From an uncultured Candidatus Saccharibacteria bacterium (lineage in GTDB: Bacteria > Patescibacteriota > Dojkabacteria > SC72): a stretch of DNA of 55,290 nucleotides. Position 1 is the stretch's first letter. Each line of letters opens with the position of its first letter. Under the pieces are notes generated by a model, which was not told the origin of the DNA, did not search any database, and worked only from the letters and a program-made list of their open reading frames with translations. The stretch spans positions 1 through 55,290 of the forward strand of contig CAZCMQ010000001.1 in assembly GCA_964500025.1 (NCBI GenBank), read 5' to 3'. Of this stretch, positions 15,013-23,654 are shown one piece after another. The position numbers and the translations under genes are program-made.

Positions 15013-15280
15013 AAAAGTAGAACTTAAGTCCGTTGTTCCTACTTATGCCCAATGGCATGAATTAATAGAACAGGCCAAAGAAAGTGGATTTACTCCAGGA
15101 ACTATCTGCATAAAAAAGAATACGAATAAAAATAATGTCTATGGTTGGATCATTCTATTAGAATTTAATAGGGCTCCATCAGAAGACTATAAGATTGTTC
15201 GCGGACGAGAATACGGAAAAATTGAAGATTTTTCAATGGATGAATTAGAGATTATTACTAAATCATGTCTGGATGGTTGA
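14963..15280 (+). CDS. Hypothetical protein (start 14963 or 14981)
   Basis: Track ORF; overlaps the upstream gene by 32-50 nt. Confidence 0.6.
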   Translation: MLITIIMELLFPKPLLKKVELKSVVPTYAQWHELIEQAKESGFTPGTICIKKNTNKNNVYGWIILLEFNRAPSEDYKIVRGREYGKIEDFSMDELEIITKSCLDG

Positions 15281-15453
15281 TTCAAACTGATCGAGGAATT
15301 TTTTTCTTCGAAATAATGGAAGATGATCGAGATTTAGGAAAATTTGGCCTCCCTTTATTATATGATAATTTAGGCAAGATTCCAATCATTTATGGAATTA
15401 CATACATTTCAGATCTGGACGAAGAGTTTGCTAGCAGGTGTATTATTCTATGA
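15265..15453 (+). CDS. Hypothetical protein
   Basis: 62-aa packed ORF. Confidence 0.5.
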   Translation: MSGWLIQTDRGIFFFEIMEDDRDLGKFGLPLLYDNLGKIPIIYGITYISDLDEEFASRCIIL

Positions 15454-15713
15454 GACAGTATATCATTGAACTCAATGAAAATAAATTACGACAAGATCCA
15501 AACACTGGATTTCGTTATTTTATGGCACGAGTTTATCCAGCAGATCAAAATACAGAAGAAATGGCACATATTATTGTCGAGAATAATTTCAAGACATCTT
15601 GCTGCATTGTCAGAGAAGGCGTTATTGTAGAGGCAGCGACTCCTAAAGTCGTGGTAAAAGAGAGAAATGAATTTGGTGAGTTGATCGGAGTAAAGAAATC
15701 AAAAGATTCGTAA
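15450..15713 (+). CDS. Hypothetical protein (ATG 15450, ATGA overlap)
   Basis: In frame with track ORF 15438..15713. Confidence 0.6.
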   Translation: MRQYIIELNENKLRQDPNTGFRYFMARVYPADQNTEEMAHIIVENNFKTSCCIVREGVIVEAATPKVVVKERNEFGELIGVKKSKDS

Positions 15714-15715
15714 GC

Positions 15716-16318
15716 GTGCCTATGGGCACGATGTCCTTGGAAACCTTTAAAAAATTAGGTGAACAAGTAAGTTCTATTGATCCTGAATTTCTACAAGAAA
15801 ATGATGTGCTAGTTCTGTGGGGAGGGGAAGATATTTCTTCTCATTTTTATGGGGAGAAACCCACATATACATACGCTGGTTCACCATCCCGTCGAGATGT
15901 GATCGAACAACGTATGTTCAATTCCGCTGTTTCAAAGGGATTGCCTATCATTGGTGTCTGCCGTGGAGCACAGTTAGCTTGTGCTCTATCTGGCGGCCGT
16001 TTATATCAAGATATTCAGCATCCTGGCATGCATTACATGTCATGTAATGACGGAAAACAGCGCGTCTCTAATTCTGTGCATCATCAAATGATGCGGCCTG
16101 ATGACACTGATCATCAGCTAATTGCTTGGACAAACAATCTTTCCCCTTATCATAAAACAGAAGAAGGTGATGTTGGGGAAGTAGAACAAGAACCAGAGAT
16201 TGTTTATTTCAATAAAACTAAAGCTCTAGCAATTCAAGGCCATCCAGAATTTGTTCCTAATGGACATCCATTTCATACTTATGCTTGTGAGTTAATTGAT
16301 GCCTACAGTATCAAGTAG
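15716..16318 (+). CDS. Class I glutamine amidotransferase / peptidase C26 (gamma-glutamyl hydrolase-like)
   Basis: Nucleophile elbow IIGVCRGAQL and the His/Glu motif AIQGHPEF. Confidence 0.85.
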   Translation: MPMGTMSLETFKKLGEQVSSIDPEFLQENDVLVLWGGEDISSHFYGEKPTYTYAGSPSRRDVIEQRMFNSAVSKGLPIIGVCRGAQLACALSGGRLYQDIQHPGMHYMSCNDGKQRVSNSVHHQMMRPDDTDHQLIAWTNNLSPYHKTEEGDVGEVEQEPEIVYFNKTKALAIQGHPEFVPNGHPFHTYACELIDAYSIK

Positions 16319-16703
16319 TATTACTGGATGTGGCATGGGCCACATTAGTTCCCTGAACTTCAATAGTAAAAAAACCACACAAGACTTTATTGCGGTCTTG
16401 GAACGAGTATTAAGAGGTACAGCAAAAGCAAAAAACAAAAAGTATCGAATGTATACTTATACACTAGCTAACACTCAATTACTACCCGATAACATGAACA
16501 TCATGAAAACAAATGATGATAATAGAGGGTGGTTTTATATACATGCACATCCATTTTTTGTAAAAGCATTCCGACCGAAAAAAATTCTAGAATGGGAAAA
16601 CAGCATTCATTCTTACAATAAGAACGTTATGTTTTCATTCAAATTAACAGATGAAGGTCTTGCTAAATTAAAAAAACTCCTAAAGGAACATAATATTTTA
16701 TGA
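16296..16703 (+). CDS. Hypothetical protein inside the amidoligase cluster
   Basis: Track ORF; alternative start ATG 16335. Confidence 0.6.
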   Translation: MMPTVSSSITGCGMGHISSLNFNSKKTTQDFIAVLERVLRGTAKAKNKKYRMYTYTLANTQLLPDNMNIMKTNDDNRGWFYIHAHPFFVKAFRPKKILEWENSIHSYNKNVMFSFKLTDEGLAKLKKLLKEHNIL

Positions 16704-17446
16704 GACTTGGTTTTGATCCTGAATTTTTTCTTAAAAGCAAAAGTGGTGTTTTTATTTCTTCTGTTGGACTTATTGGTGGATCTAAAGAATTTCCTTTAGA
16801 TATTGGAGAAGGTTGTGCACTACAAGAAGACAATGTTGCGGTCGAGTTTAACACCCCACCATGTAGCTCACCTGAAGAGGCGATACGGTATTTTCAATAC
16901 GCCAAAGAAAAAACAATCGAAAAAATCCAAGATATGGGGCTTGAAATCGCAATTGTCCCATCGGCCGTATTCGATCCATCGGAATTGGATCATCCTTCGG
17001 CTAGGAGATTCGGATGCGATCCGGATTACAATGCCTGGACGTTTGAAGAAAATCCTCGACCACAAGCGGAGAATTCAAACCTTCGTTCAGCGGGAGGTCA
17101 CATCCACGTTGAAACTGACAAAAACATCATTCAAGTGGTACGTGCGTTGGATGTTTACGTGGGAGCCTGGCTTTCACAACGAGATATGGATACGCAAAGA
17201 CGACTATTATATGGGAAAGCCGGAGCCTTTCGTCCCAAAGATTATGGTGTAGAGTACCGTACTCCCTCTAATTATTGGATTTCTACTGACGATCTTATTA
17301 GCCGAACTTGGTGGCAAGTAGAAAAAGCCCTCAAATATGTCGATCAAGGAAAGGAAATTCCTGTTCGGGATGACATCATTGAGGCGGTAAATAATGCAGA
17401 TAAAAGGATCTATAAGAAACTAGACAAGGAATTTGCAATTGAATAA
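16700..17446 (+). CDS. COOH-NH2 ligase (phage phiEco32-type amidoligase family, from memory)
   Basis: LGFDPEFF..., EDNVAVEFNT, FGCDPDYNAW, AGGHIHVE, GVEYRTP: the pattern I associate with the glutamate-cysteine-ligase-like phage COOH-NH2 ligases. Confidence 0.75.
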   Translation: MRLGFDPEFFLKSKSGVFISSVGLIGGSKEFPLDIGEGCALQEDNVAVEFNTPPCSSPEEAIRYFQYAKEKTIEKIQDMGLEIAIVPSAVFDPSELDHPSARRFGCDPDYNAWTFEENPRPQAENSNLRSAGGHIHVETDKNIIQVVRALDVYVGAWLSQRDMDTQRRLLYGKAGAFRPKDYGVEYRTPSNYWISTDDLISRTWWQVEKALKYVDQGKEIPVRDDIIEAVNNADKRIYKKLDKEFAIE

Positions 17447-17948
17447 AGATGATGTAATTTCTGATTTCACTAAAAAATACCATGACACTTATTTATTTGC
17501 AAACCCTTGCTCATCTTTTGATTTGTTTCATGTCACATTAAGCGAAAAAGATAAAATCACATTATTTAATGATGATTTGGGAAACTTCACCACCTTTTTT
17601 GGTGGAACTGTAGAATTAAATGTCAAGTATCCGAAAACTGGGTATTTTGAACACGAAGATAAAATTTATTTTATTATTAGAAATCCACAAAGACAGTGGA
17701 AGCGTGGAATTAATTCAGGAACATTTCATATTCTCGTAAATGGATCTAATTTAGTCAAAAAATGGTCCACTTCTTTAGTTAAAGCTAGTTTCAACGATCC
17801 AACAAATGTGGCTGAGCGTTATGAAAAAGCAAAAAAGGGAGAGAAAACTCTAATCAATCGAGATTGGATTTATTCTGATGGTGTATACTTCAAACTCAGA
17901 AAAATGCCACTTCCGTTGAAAGAATATGAATCATGTATCCTAAAATAA
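17433..17948 (+). CDS. Hypothetical protein inside the amidoligase cluster
   Basis: 171-aa packed ORF. Confidence 0.65.
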   Translation: MQLNKDDVISDFTKKYHDTYLFANPCSSFDLFHVTLSEKDKITLFNDDLGNFTTFFGGTVELNVKYPKTGYFEHEDKIYFIIRNPQRQWKRGINSGTFHILVNGSNLVKKWSTSLVKASFNDPTNVAERYEKAKKGEKTLINRDWIYSDGVYFKLRKMPLPLKEYESCILK

Positions 17949-18712
17949 AAATTTCAGAAATTTTTCCCGTTCCTCCGTTAAAAGTTATTAATTTGTCGGA
18001 GTCTTTCAAGAAGAAATACAGTTCTTATATTTCTTCAGAGAGACTTTTGGGAATTGAACTGGAAATTGAAAAACCGTTTTTTAGAACTAAATGTTCTAGT
18101 GCTATTTGGAGCGGAACAAATGACGGTAGTTTGCGAAACGGTGGAATAGAGTTCAAAAGTGCGGGGCCGATGAAATTTTGTGATTTGGTTCCAAGTCTTA
18201 CTTATTTTAAAGAATCACTTTCTTATGTGATTTCTCCACGATGCTCTTCTCATGTTCATGTCAATGTAGGGGATCTGGATTTTAATGCTGTAGAACGTAT
18301 TTTTACGTTTTACATGCATATAGAGAAAGATTTATTCAAGTTCGTTGGAAAAAATCGCAATAAAAATATTTATTGTATTCCATTGTGGGATACTACCTAC
18401 GGATTGCGTCCGTTTAAAGAAGCGGTACAGATACAGTCAAAAAATAACCAAATTAAGGTAAATTGGAGCAAATATACCGCATTGAATTTTGCTACCATTC
18501 CGACACTAAATACTATAGAATTTAGACATTATCCAGGATTATCGGAAATTCCTCATTATATCTCTTTTATTTCTATCCTGGAGAATATGATTAAGTTTTG
18601 TGAATCTAATAATCCATTAGATTTGTCCTATTCAGAAATGTGCTCTGTTGTGAATCTGTCTATTAATAGACAAGAATTTGATAATACTCGTCTACTTTAT
18701 TCCGGAGAATAA
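17933..18712 (+). CDS. Amidoligase (glutamine-synthetase-like 'Amidoligase_2' type, from memory)
   Basis: LGIELEIE, TNDGSLRNGGIEFKS, SSHVHVNV, TIEFRH motifs. Confidence 0.75.
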   Translation: MYPKIKISEIFPVPPLKVINLSESFKKKYSSYISSERLLGIELEIEKPFFRTKCSSAIWSGTNDGSLRNGGIEFKSAGPMKFCDLVPSLTYFKESLSYVISPRCSSHVHVNVGDLDFNAVERIFTFYMHIEKDLFKFVGKNRNKNIYCIPLWDTTYGLRPFKEAVQIQSKNNQIKVNWSKYTALNFATIPTLNTIEFRHYPGLSEIPHYISFISILENMIKFCESNNPLDLSYSEMCSVVNLSINRQEFDNTRLLYSGE

Positions 18713-18715
18713 TAA

Positions 18716-20083
18716 ATGTGTGGTTTGGTAGGAATGCTGAGTAAGCGAAAGCTTGGACTCAATCACGAAGAAATCAATGCTTTCAAGGATCTTCTAACAA
18801 TTGATGTTCTCCGTGGAAAAGATTCTACGGGTGTTTTTAGTGTCGCGAAAAGGGAGTTACAGTTATTTAAGGTTGCTACGCATCCGATGAATGCGTATGA
18901 CACCAAAGAATGGAAAGAATTCGAATCAGACGCACGAAGAAACAGTAAGGTACTGGTGGGCCATAACCGGGCTGCGACGAGAGGGACTGTAAACAGTAAT
19001 AACGCTCATCCGTTCTTAGAAAATAATATTTGCTTAGTTCATAATGGAACTTTGTTTAATCACACAAATCTGAATAAAGATTCAGAAGTAGATAGTCATG
19101 CGATTGCTGTAGCTTTATCAAAAAACAACAATGTTGATGAAGTAATTAATTCCATTTATGGAGCTTTTGCATTAATTTGGTTTAATTCGGATACTAATGA
19201 AGTTATTTTTACGCGGAATAAGGATCGTCCCTTGTTTTATGCTGAAAATAATGACATGGTGGCCATCGGTTCTGAATATCTACCATTGTTTTACTCTTTA
19301 GGTAGAAATAAAATTGATCCAAAAGACATCATTCAAGAAGTTCCAGTTGATGAGATTTTTACCTTTAGTGGAAAGACTTTAAAGAGGAGGAAACTGGCTA
19401 CTCCAGACCCAAAAGGTCATTCGATTTTGAGTGGTGGGAAACACAAATCGGAAACCTCCTCCACTAAAACCAAAGTTATCTTCCATATGGAAGAACTCAA
19501 GAATTATGCAGGGGTTGAAGGAGTTCTAGCACTAGGTAAAATCATTCTTCCGGAAACATTTAAGGGAGAAGATTGTCGCATTACTCTTGAAGGATGGGAA
19601 AAAGAATTTGCAGATGATCTGTTAAATCAGCCATTTTACGAAGCTGAAATTGATCATGTTTCCTATCATAATAGAGGTTCTATGTATTGGTTGTCTTATT
19701 CTTCTCTTAACATGTATGTTGGAGAAGAGTGTGATACATTAGATGAACCAATTCCTACTGCTATTCGGGATCATGTCATTGAGCGTCATTTGTGCGATGA
19801 ATGTGCAATGCCGTTTTCAAAATATAATTTTCATGGTGCCCAAGTTATTCTAGATCCCGCAGATTGCACAATAACTACAACCTGCTCTGATTGCGTCAGA
19901 GCAGAGATGTTTAAAACAGATCCAGAGTTAGGAGATAAGTTCGATGAGTATTTTAATTCTCCCGTACAAGAAAGGAAGCAGAAGCGCGCGAACTTTATGC
20001 ACACATTTGAAAAAATTTCAAACATGCGTGCTCGTTCGACCGGATCTTCCCATCAATCTAAAGAAACACCAGCTTCTAGTTAA
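18716..20083 (+). CDS. Class II (Ntn) glutamine amidotransferase with C-terminal Cys-rich extension
   Basis: N-terminal MCGLVG (Cys nucleophile), GHNRAATRG, NAHPF, LVHNGTLFN; C-terminal CDEC...CSDC. Confidence 0.85.
   Translation: MCGLVGMLSKRKLGLNHEEINAFKDLLTIDVLRGKDSTGVFSVAKRELQLFKVATHPMNAYDTKEWKEFESDARRNSKVLVGHNRAATRGTVNSNNAHPFLENNICLVHNGTLFNHTNLNKDSEVDSHAIAVALSKNNNVDEVINSIYGAFALIWFNSDTNEVIFTRNKDRPLFYAENNDMVAIGSEYLPLFYSLGRNKIDPKDIIQEVPVDEIFTFSGKTLKRRKLATPDPKGHSILSGGKHKSETSSTKTKVIFHMEELKNYAGVEGVLALGKIILPETFKGEDCRITLEGWEKEFADDLLNQPFYEAEIDHVSYHNRGSMYWLSYSSLNMYVGEECDTLDEPIPTAIRDHVIERHLCDECAMPFSKYNFHGAQVILDPADCTITTTCSDCVRAEMFKTDPELGDKFDEYFNSPVQERKQKRANFMHTFEKISNMRARSTGSSHQSKETPASS
19707..19720. 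repeat. Intragenic match to the palindrome (TTAACATGTATGTT)
   Basis: 14-nt identity with the copy at 9927; lies inside the amidotransferase CDS and may be coincidental. Confidence 0.4.
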
Positions 20084-20702
20084 TTGGGGAAATTCTAGGA
20101 ATATAGTTTTGGGGGACAAAGTTCTCAATCCTCCTCATGTAGTTAATAGAACTTCAAACAAACTAACCTTTCTACGCATTTTAAGGGGCCTAGAAGGAGT
20201 TTATTTCCCTGATTGGTGTGAGGATAGCGACACAGCTAAAAAATGGATTACAGAAGGTTCTGTGGTGTTTTGTAGGACTTTACTAAATTCCCATTCAGGG
20301 AGAGGTATTGTTGTAGCAGAAACTCCAGAACAAGTAGTTGAGTGTTTATTATACACCAAATATGTAAAAAAGAAAAAAGAATTTCGGGTACACGTATTTA
20401 GAGATTCTGTAATCGATGTTCAAGAAAAAAGAAAAAGAAAGGGGATGGAAAATAATCCAAAGATCCGTAATCTGGATAATGGATGGGTTTACTGTAAAGA
20501 TAATATACAAGAGCCAGATAATCTCAGAGAAACGGCTATCAAAGTAATCCAATCTTCTGGTCTTGATTTTGGTGCTGTGGATATTATCTGGAATGAAAAA
20601 GAAAATAAATGTTATGTTCTGGAAGTTAATTGTGCTCCAGGATTAGAAGGAACTACTATTGAATCTTATGGAGAAGCAATTGGTGAATACGCAAGTAATT
20701 AG
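19944..20702 (+). CDS. ATP-grasp ligase (RimK-like)
   Basis: AGGAG 9 nt upstream. N-terminal ILILPY..SRSA...LVNWGNS, then SHSGRGIVV, EFRVHVF, DFGAVDIIWNEKENKCYVLEVNCAPGLEG. Overlaps the upstream gene by 140 nt. Confidence 0.85.
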   Translation: MSILILPYKKGSRSARTLCTHLKKFQTCVLVRPDLPINLKKHQLLVNWGNSRNIVLGDKVLNPPHVVNRTSNKLTFLRILRGLEGVYFPDWCEDSDTAKKWITEGSVVFCRTLLNSHSGRGIVVAETPEQVVECLLYTKYVKKKKEFRVHVFRDSVIDVQEKRKRKGMENNPKIRNLDNGWVYCKDNIQEPDNLRETAIKVIQSSGLDFGAVDIIWNEKENKCYVLEVNCAPGLEGTTIESYGEAIGEYASN

Positions 20703-21153
20703 ATTTGAAGATTGTCTAAAAGCGGGAGAGGTTGTTTGGCATGCAGTTCCGACTAAAATAGTCGGATCTTCTATCAAAAAAGGAGAACCTGCAGTAGTTG
20801 TAGAAACTGATTGCTCAAAATTTGGAATTTTATCCAAATTTAATGGGATTGTGTCTTATGTAGATAATATGGCTATTGATGAGCCATGTGATATCATCAT
20901 TAAAATTGAAGAAAAAGAAATTCAGAAAAAGACAAAATCTGTAAAAATAAATGCAGGTGTCTTAGATAACCATCAAGAACACATTGCTAATTTATTTAAT
21001 GAGTTTCTTCGAGATGCGGACCGGCCTCCGAATCCGGTAAATATAATCGTACACGACGAGGAAAGAAATCTTGTATGGGACATTGAAGATATTCCGGCCG
21101 TGGGTGCTCAAGGAAACGGCCTGCGCGGAGTGCGCGTTCGGCCACGCGAATAG
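20659..21153 (+). CDS. Protein with N-terminal lipoyl/biotinyl-like hybrid-barrel motif (ETDC in place of ETDK)
   Basis: KKGEPAVVVETDCSKFGILSKFNGIVSYV resembles the lipoyl-attachment consensus ..G..l..iETDKa...i.s...G.v. The start is uncertain (ATG 20659/20668 or GTG 20683). Confidence 0.6.
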   Translation: MNLMEKQLVNTQVIRFEDCLKAGEVVWHAVPTKIVGSSIKKGEPAVVVETDCSKFGILSKFNGIVSYVDNMAIDEPCDIIIKIEEKEIQKKTKSVKINAGVLDNHQEHIANLFNEFLRDADRPPNPVNIIVHDEERNLVWDIEDIPAVGAQGNGLRGVRVRPRE

Positions 21154-21155
21154 GC

Positions 21156-21416
21156 ATGAGATGTCTATCTTGTAATAGAATCCTCTCTTCATTTGAATCA
21201 ACCCGAAAATATACCAAAAGCCATGAATATGTGGATTTATGTAAAAGATGCATCAAGGGTTTGGGAATCACAACTGTTGACAGAGAGGATCTAAGAGATG
21301 AGAGTGACTTGCAAGAAATGTGGGCTATTGAAAATGAATGTGAGCGAAGTGAAGAATTGTATGAGAACGGATTGTCTTTTGAAGGAGAGATTGAAACTCC
21401 CCCACACTCCGAGTAA
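21156..21416 (+). CDS. Zinc-ribbon-like small protein with acidic C-terminus
   Basis: CLSCN...CKRC. Confidence 0.6.
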   Translation: MRCLSCNRILSSFESTRKYTKSHEYVDLCKRCIKGLGITTVDREDLRDESDLQEMWAIENECERSEELYENGLSFEGEIETPPHSE

Positions 21417-21479
21417 AGAAACGGTAATTGATATGGTTTCTGCTAAATTTGATGACCCTATTTATTTAAAGAGAGCTTT

Positions 21480-21695
21480 ATGACACTTCATGAAATTCCA
21501 TTAAAACTTGGTGATTGGATTTGGTCATTAACAAGTTGGACATGGGTATGTGTTGGAGAAAACATCACAGCAACTTTTGTTAATCGAAATCAACGTAAGT
21601 TTTTGTGGTACAGTCCGCCAGAAATAAAGAAAAAACTTCATGAGTTGGATAAAAGTAGCCGAGAAAGTAGCAAAGAAGAGCCAGTTCCGGCATAA
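21480..21695 (+). CDS. Hypothetical protein
   Basis: Track ORF; overlaps the deaminase start by 56 nt. Confidence 0.5.
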   Translation: MTLHEIPLKLGDWIWSLTSWTWVCVGENITATFVNRNQRKFLWYSPPEIKKKLHELDKSSRESSKEEPVPA

Positions 21696-21999
21696 AGTAG
21701 GAGCGGTCATTATAAAAGGTGGCCGCGTACTTTCTGTTGGATATAATGAAATCAGATATGCCAAAATTAAGCGACCATATCCGGAAAGTCTTCATGCAGA
21801 AGTGGCGGCGATCTACCGATCAATACAAACTGGACATGATCTATCCGGTGCTTCTATTTATGTATGCCGTGCTAGCGGGGATTCTTTTAGGCTTTCTAAG
21901 CCATGTCCTCATTGCATGTCTCTTATAAAAACAGTAGGAATAAAAAAAGTAGTTTGGAGTGAGCAGGGCGATCAAACAAGGTCCGTGTATTTGGTGTAA
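21640..21999 (+). CDS. dCMP/CMP deaminase (zinc-dependent)
   Basis: HAE ... PCPHC zinc-binding motifs; VGAVIIKGGRVLSVGYN. Confidence 0.85.
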   Translation: MSWIKVAEKVAKKSQFRHKVGAVIIKGGRVLSVGYNEIRYAKIKRPYPESLHAEVAAIYRSIQTGHDLSGASIYVCRASGDSFRLSKPCPHCMSLIKTVGIKKVVWSEQGDQTRSVYLV

Positions 22000-22633
22000 C
22001 AGCAGTGATGCGTTTACTACCTATGATGATGGACATAGTTATTGTTACAGTTGTCATAGATATAAACCTCCTGAAGGATGGAAGCCCATGGAATTAGAGG
22101 AACATCATCCCGTGATTTACACGGAGTTAAGCGAAGTTAACGAAGAATGCAAGAAGTTACTGCAAAAGTACGAGATTCCTCATGCTGAGTACTACTTCAA
22201 GTATTCAAGACCACATAACAGAATGGTGATGGTTCTACCAGACTTTAAATCTGGCAGAGCCTTAGACGAAAGAAACCCCAAATGGTTACATGAGGGAGAA
22301 GTTCCACAGCATATCTTTGGATTGGATTATTCGAAGAAATCTGTTTGCATTGTAGAAGATCCATTCTCTGCATTAAAAACAGCTAGATTTACCCCGAGTT
22401 ATTGTTTGTTTGGAACAAAGCTGTCTATTCCGGCCATGAAGAGTTTGGCCAGACAATTCAAACATGCGATCATCTGGTTAGACTATGATGCCCATGACAA
22501 GGCACAGGGATTGGCAAGATTCATTCGGCTGATGGGAATGTCAGCCAGTGTGTTCCGAACAGAAAAAGATCCTAAAGACCAATCTTTGGATGATTTGAAA
22601 AGTTTATTGGAGGTTGGATATGTCCAAAATTAG
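21959..22633 (+). CDS. DNA primase (zinc finger + TOPRIM)
   Basis: CIWCNSSDA...YCYSCH zinc ribbon; VCIVEDPFSALK and IWLDYDAHDK TOPRIM-like acidic motifs; GTG start. Confidence 0.8.
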   Translation: MSRAIKQGPCIWCNSSDAFTTYDDGHSYCYSCHRYKPPEGWKPMELEEHHPVIYTELSEVNEECKKLLQKYEIPHAEYYFKYSRPHNRMVMVLPDFKSGRALDERNPKWLHEGEVPQHIFGLDYSKKSVCIVEDPFSALKTARFTPSYCLFGTKLSIPAMKSLARQFKHAIIWLDYDAHDKAQGLARFIRLMGMSASVFRTEKDPKDQSLDDLKSLLEVGYVQN

Positions 22634-22832
22634 AGTTTGGTATAAAGACACGTATAAGGATTGGGAAGATCCTTTCTTTGTTGACAACATCTTCGCTATT
22701 GTCGCTAGGGATGGTTATTTTTCTCTGGCTGCTGGAGATGATGGAAATTGGTGGCTGTTATTTGAAGACTACGACATTCATTGGCTTCCAAGGCTTATCA
22801 AAGGTTTGCAACAAGCACAGGATTATCTATGA
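22620..22832 (+). CDS. Hypothetical protein (ATG 22620, GGAGG 6 nt upstream)
   Basis: In frame with track ORF 22614..22832. Confidence 0.6.
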   Translation: MSKIRVWYKDTYKDWEDPFFVDNIFAIVARDGYFSLAAGDDGNWWLLFEDYDIHWLPRLIKGLQQAQDYL

Positions 22833-23038
22833 TCGTTGGTGAAAATGTCAGGAATATGGGTCGATGGAAGATCCGAAAATACGGGAAGAAGGGGAATCAA
22901 ACTACAGGAAGAGCCAAGGGAATTAAACTAAGTCCCCTTGAAAAGTACATGTGTAGATCTAATCGTAGCTGGAAACATCCTCTCTATGGAGAGATTATGG
23001 CTAAGCTTGGAATGAAGAGAGGCAAAGAGAAGCGCTAG
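22829..23038 (+). CDS. Small basic protein
   Basis: ATGA overlap with the previous stop; K/R-rich. Confidence 0.45.
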   Translation: MIVGENVRNMGRWKIRKYGKKGNQTTGRAKGIKLSPLEKYMCRSNRSWKHPLYGEIMAKLGMKRGKEKR

Positions 23039-23116
23039 GAAGCTCTACAATCGATTTTAATGTGTACAAGCTGGGGTAGTACCAACCATGCAAAATAATT
23101 GACTGTAGGAGGTTCT

Positions 23117-23341
23117 ATGTGGTCCTATGACCCCATTATTCCCAAGGAAAGGCTCGTTGCCGGAAAATATTACCTTGGAAGGTGTAGAAATGCTAAAGTA
23201 GCTAGATGGGATGGAAAAGAATTCTGGTATTGGAGAACCAAGTTTGGTTACACTTTCTTGGAAAACATCAAATGTCCAGAAGATGACAATACCTTCGATG
23301 TGTTCATTGCTGAAGAAATGATCAAGGATATTCCTCTATGA
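23117..23341 (+). CDS. Hypothetical protein (ATG 23117 after GGAGG)
   Basis: In frame with track ORF 23099..23341. Confidence 0.6.
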   Translation: MWSYDPIIPKERLVAGKYYLGRCRNAKVARWDGKEFWYWRTKFGYTFLENIKCPEDDNTFDVFIAEEMIKDIPL

Positions 23342-23535
23342 ATGATTTTATATGGGAATCCATCGAACCTGTTTTACTACCTGCAGATAAGAGCGGCGAT
23401 CTATATCGACACAATCAACAAGTAAAATGTGTTTGTGGAAACACTAAATTTCAGTTGTTTTCTTCAGATGGTTGGTATCAACTCACAGGACGATGCACAA
23501 AATGCAAAAACACAACTACAGTGTATTCGGGCTGA
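23338..23535 (+). CDS. Zinc-ribbon small protein
   Basis: CVCGN...CTKCKN; ATGA overlap. Confidence 0.6.
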   Translation: MNDFIWESIEPVLLPADKSGDLYRHNQQVKCVCGNTKFQLFSSDGWYQLTGRCTKCKNTTTVYSG

Positions 23536-23618
23536 AGTCATCTGACATATTTTGACCATAAAACAGAGGAAATCGAGACTAAAAACAGAATTTATAAGAG
23601 AATAACCTACAATTAGTA

Positions 23619-23648
23619 TTGACAAATCTGTTAAAAATGTGTTATAAT
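23619..23648 (+). promoter_or_regulatory. Near-consensus sigma70 promoter with extended -10 (TTGACA-18 nt-TGtTATAAT)
   Basis: attTTGACAaatctgttaaaaatgTGtTATAATgt. It shares TTGACAAATCT with 28916 and TGTGTTATAATGT with the leftward promoter. Confidence 0.7.
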
Positions 23649-23654
23649 GTTGGA

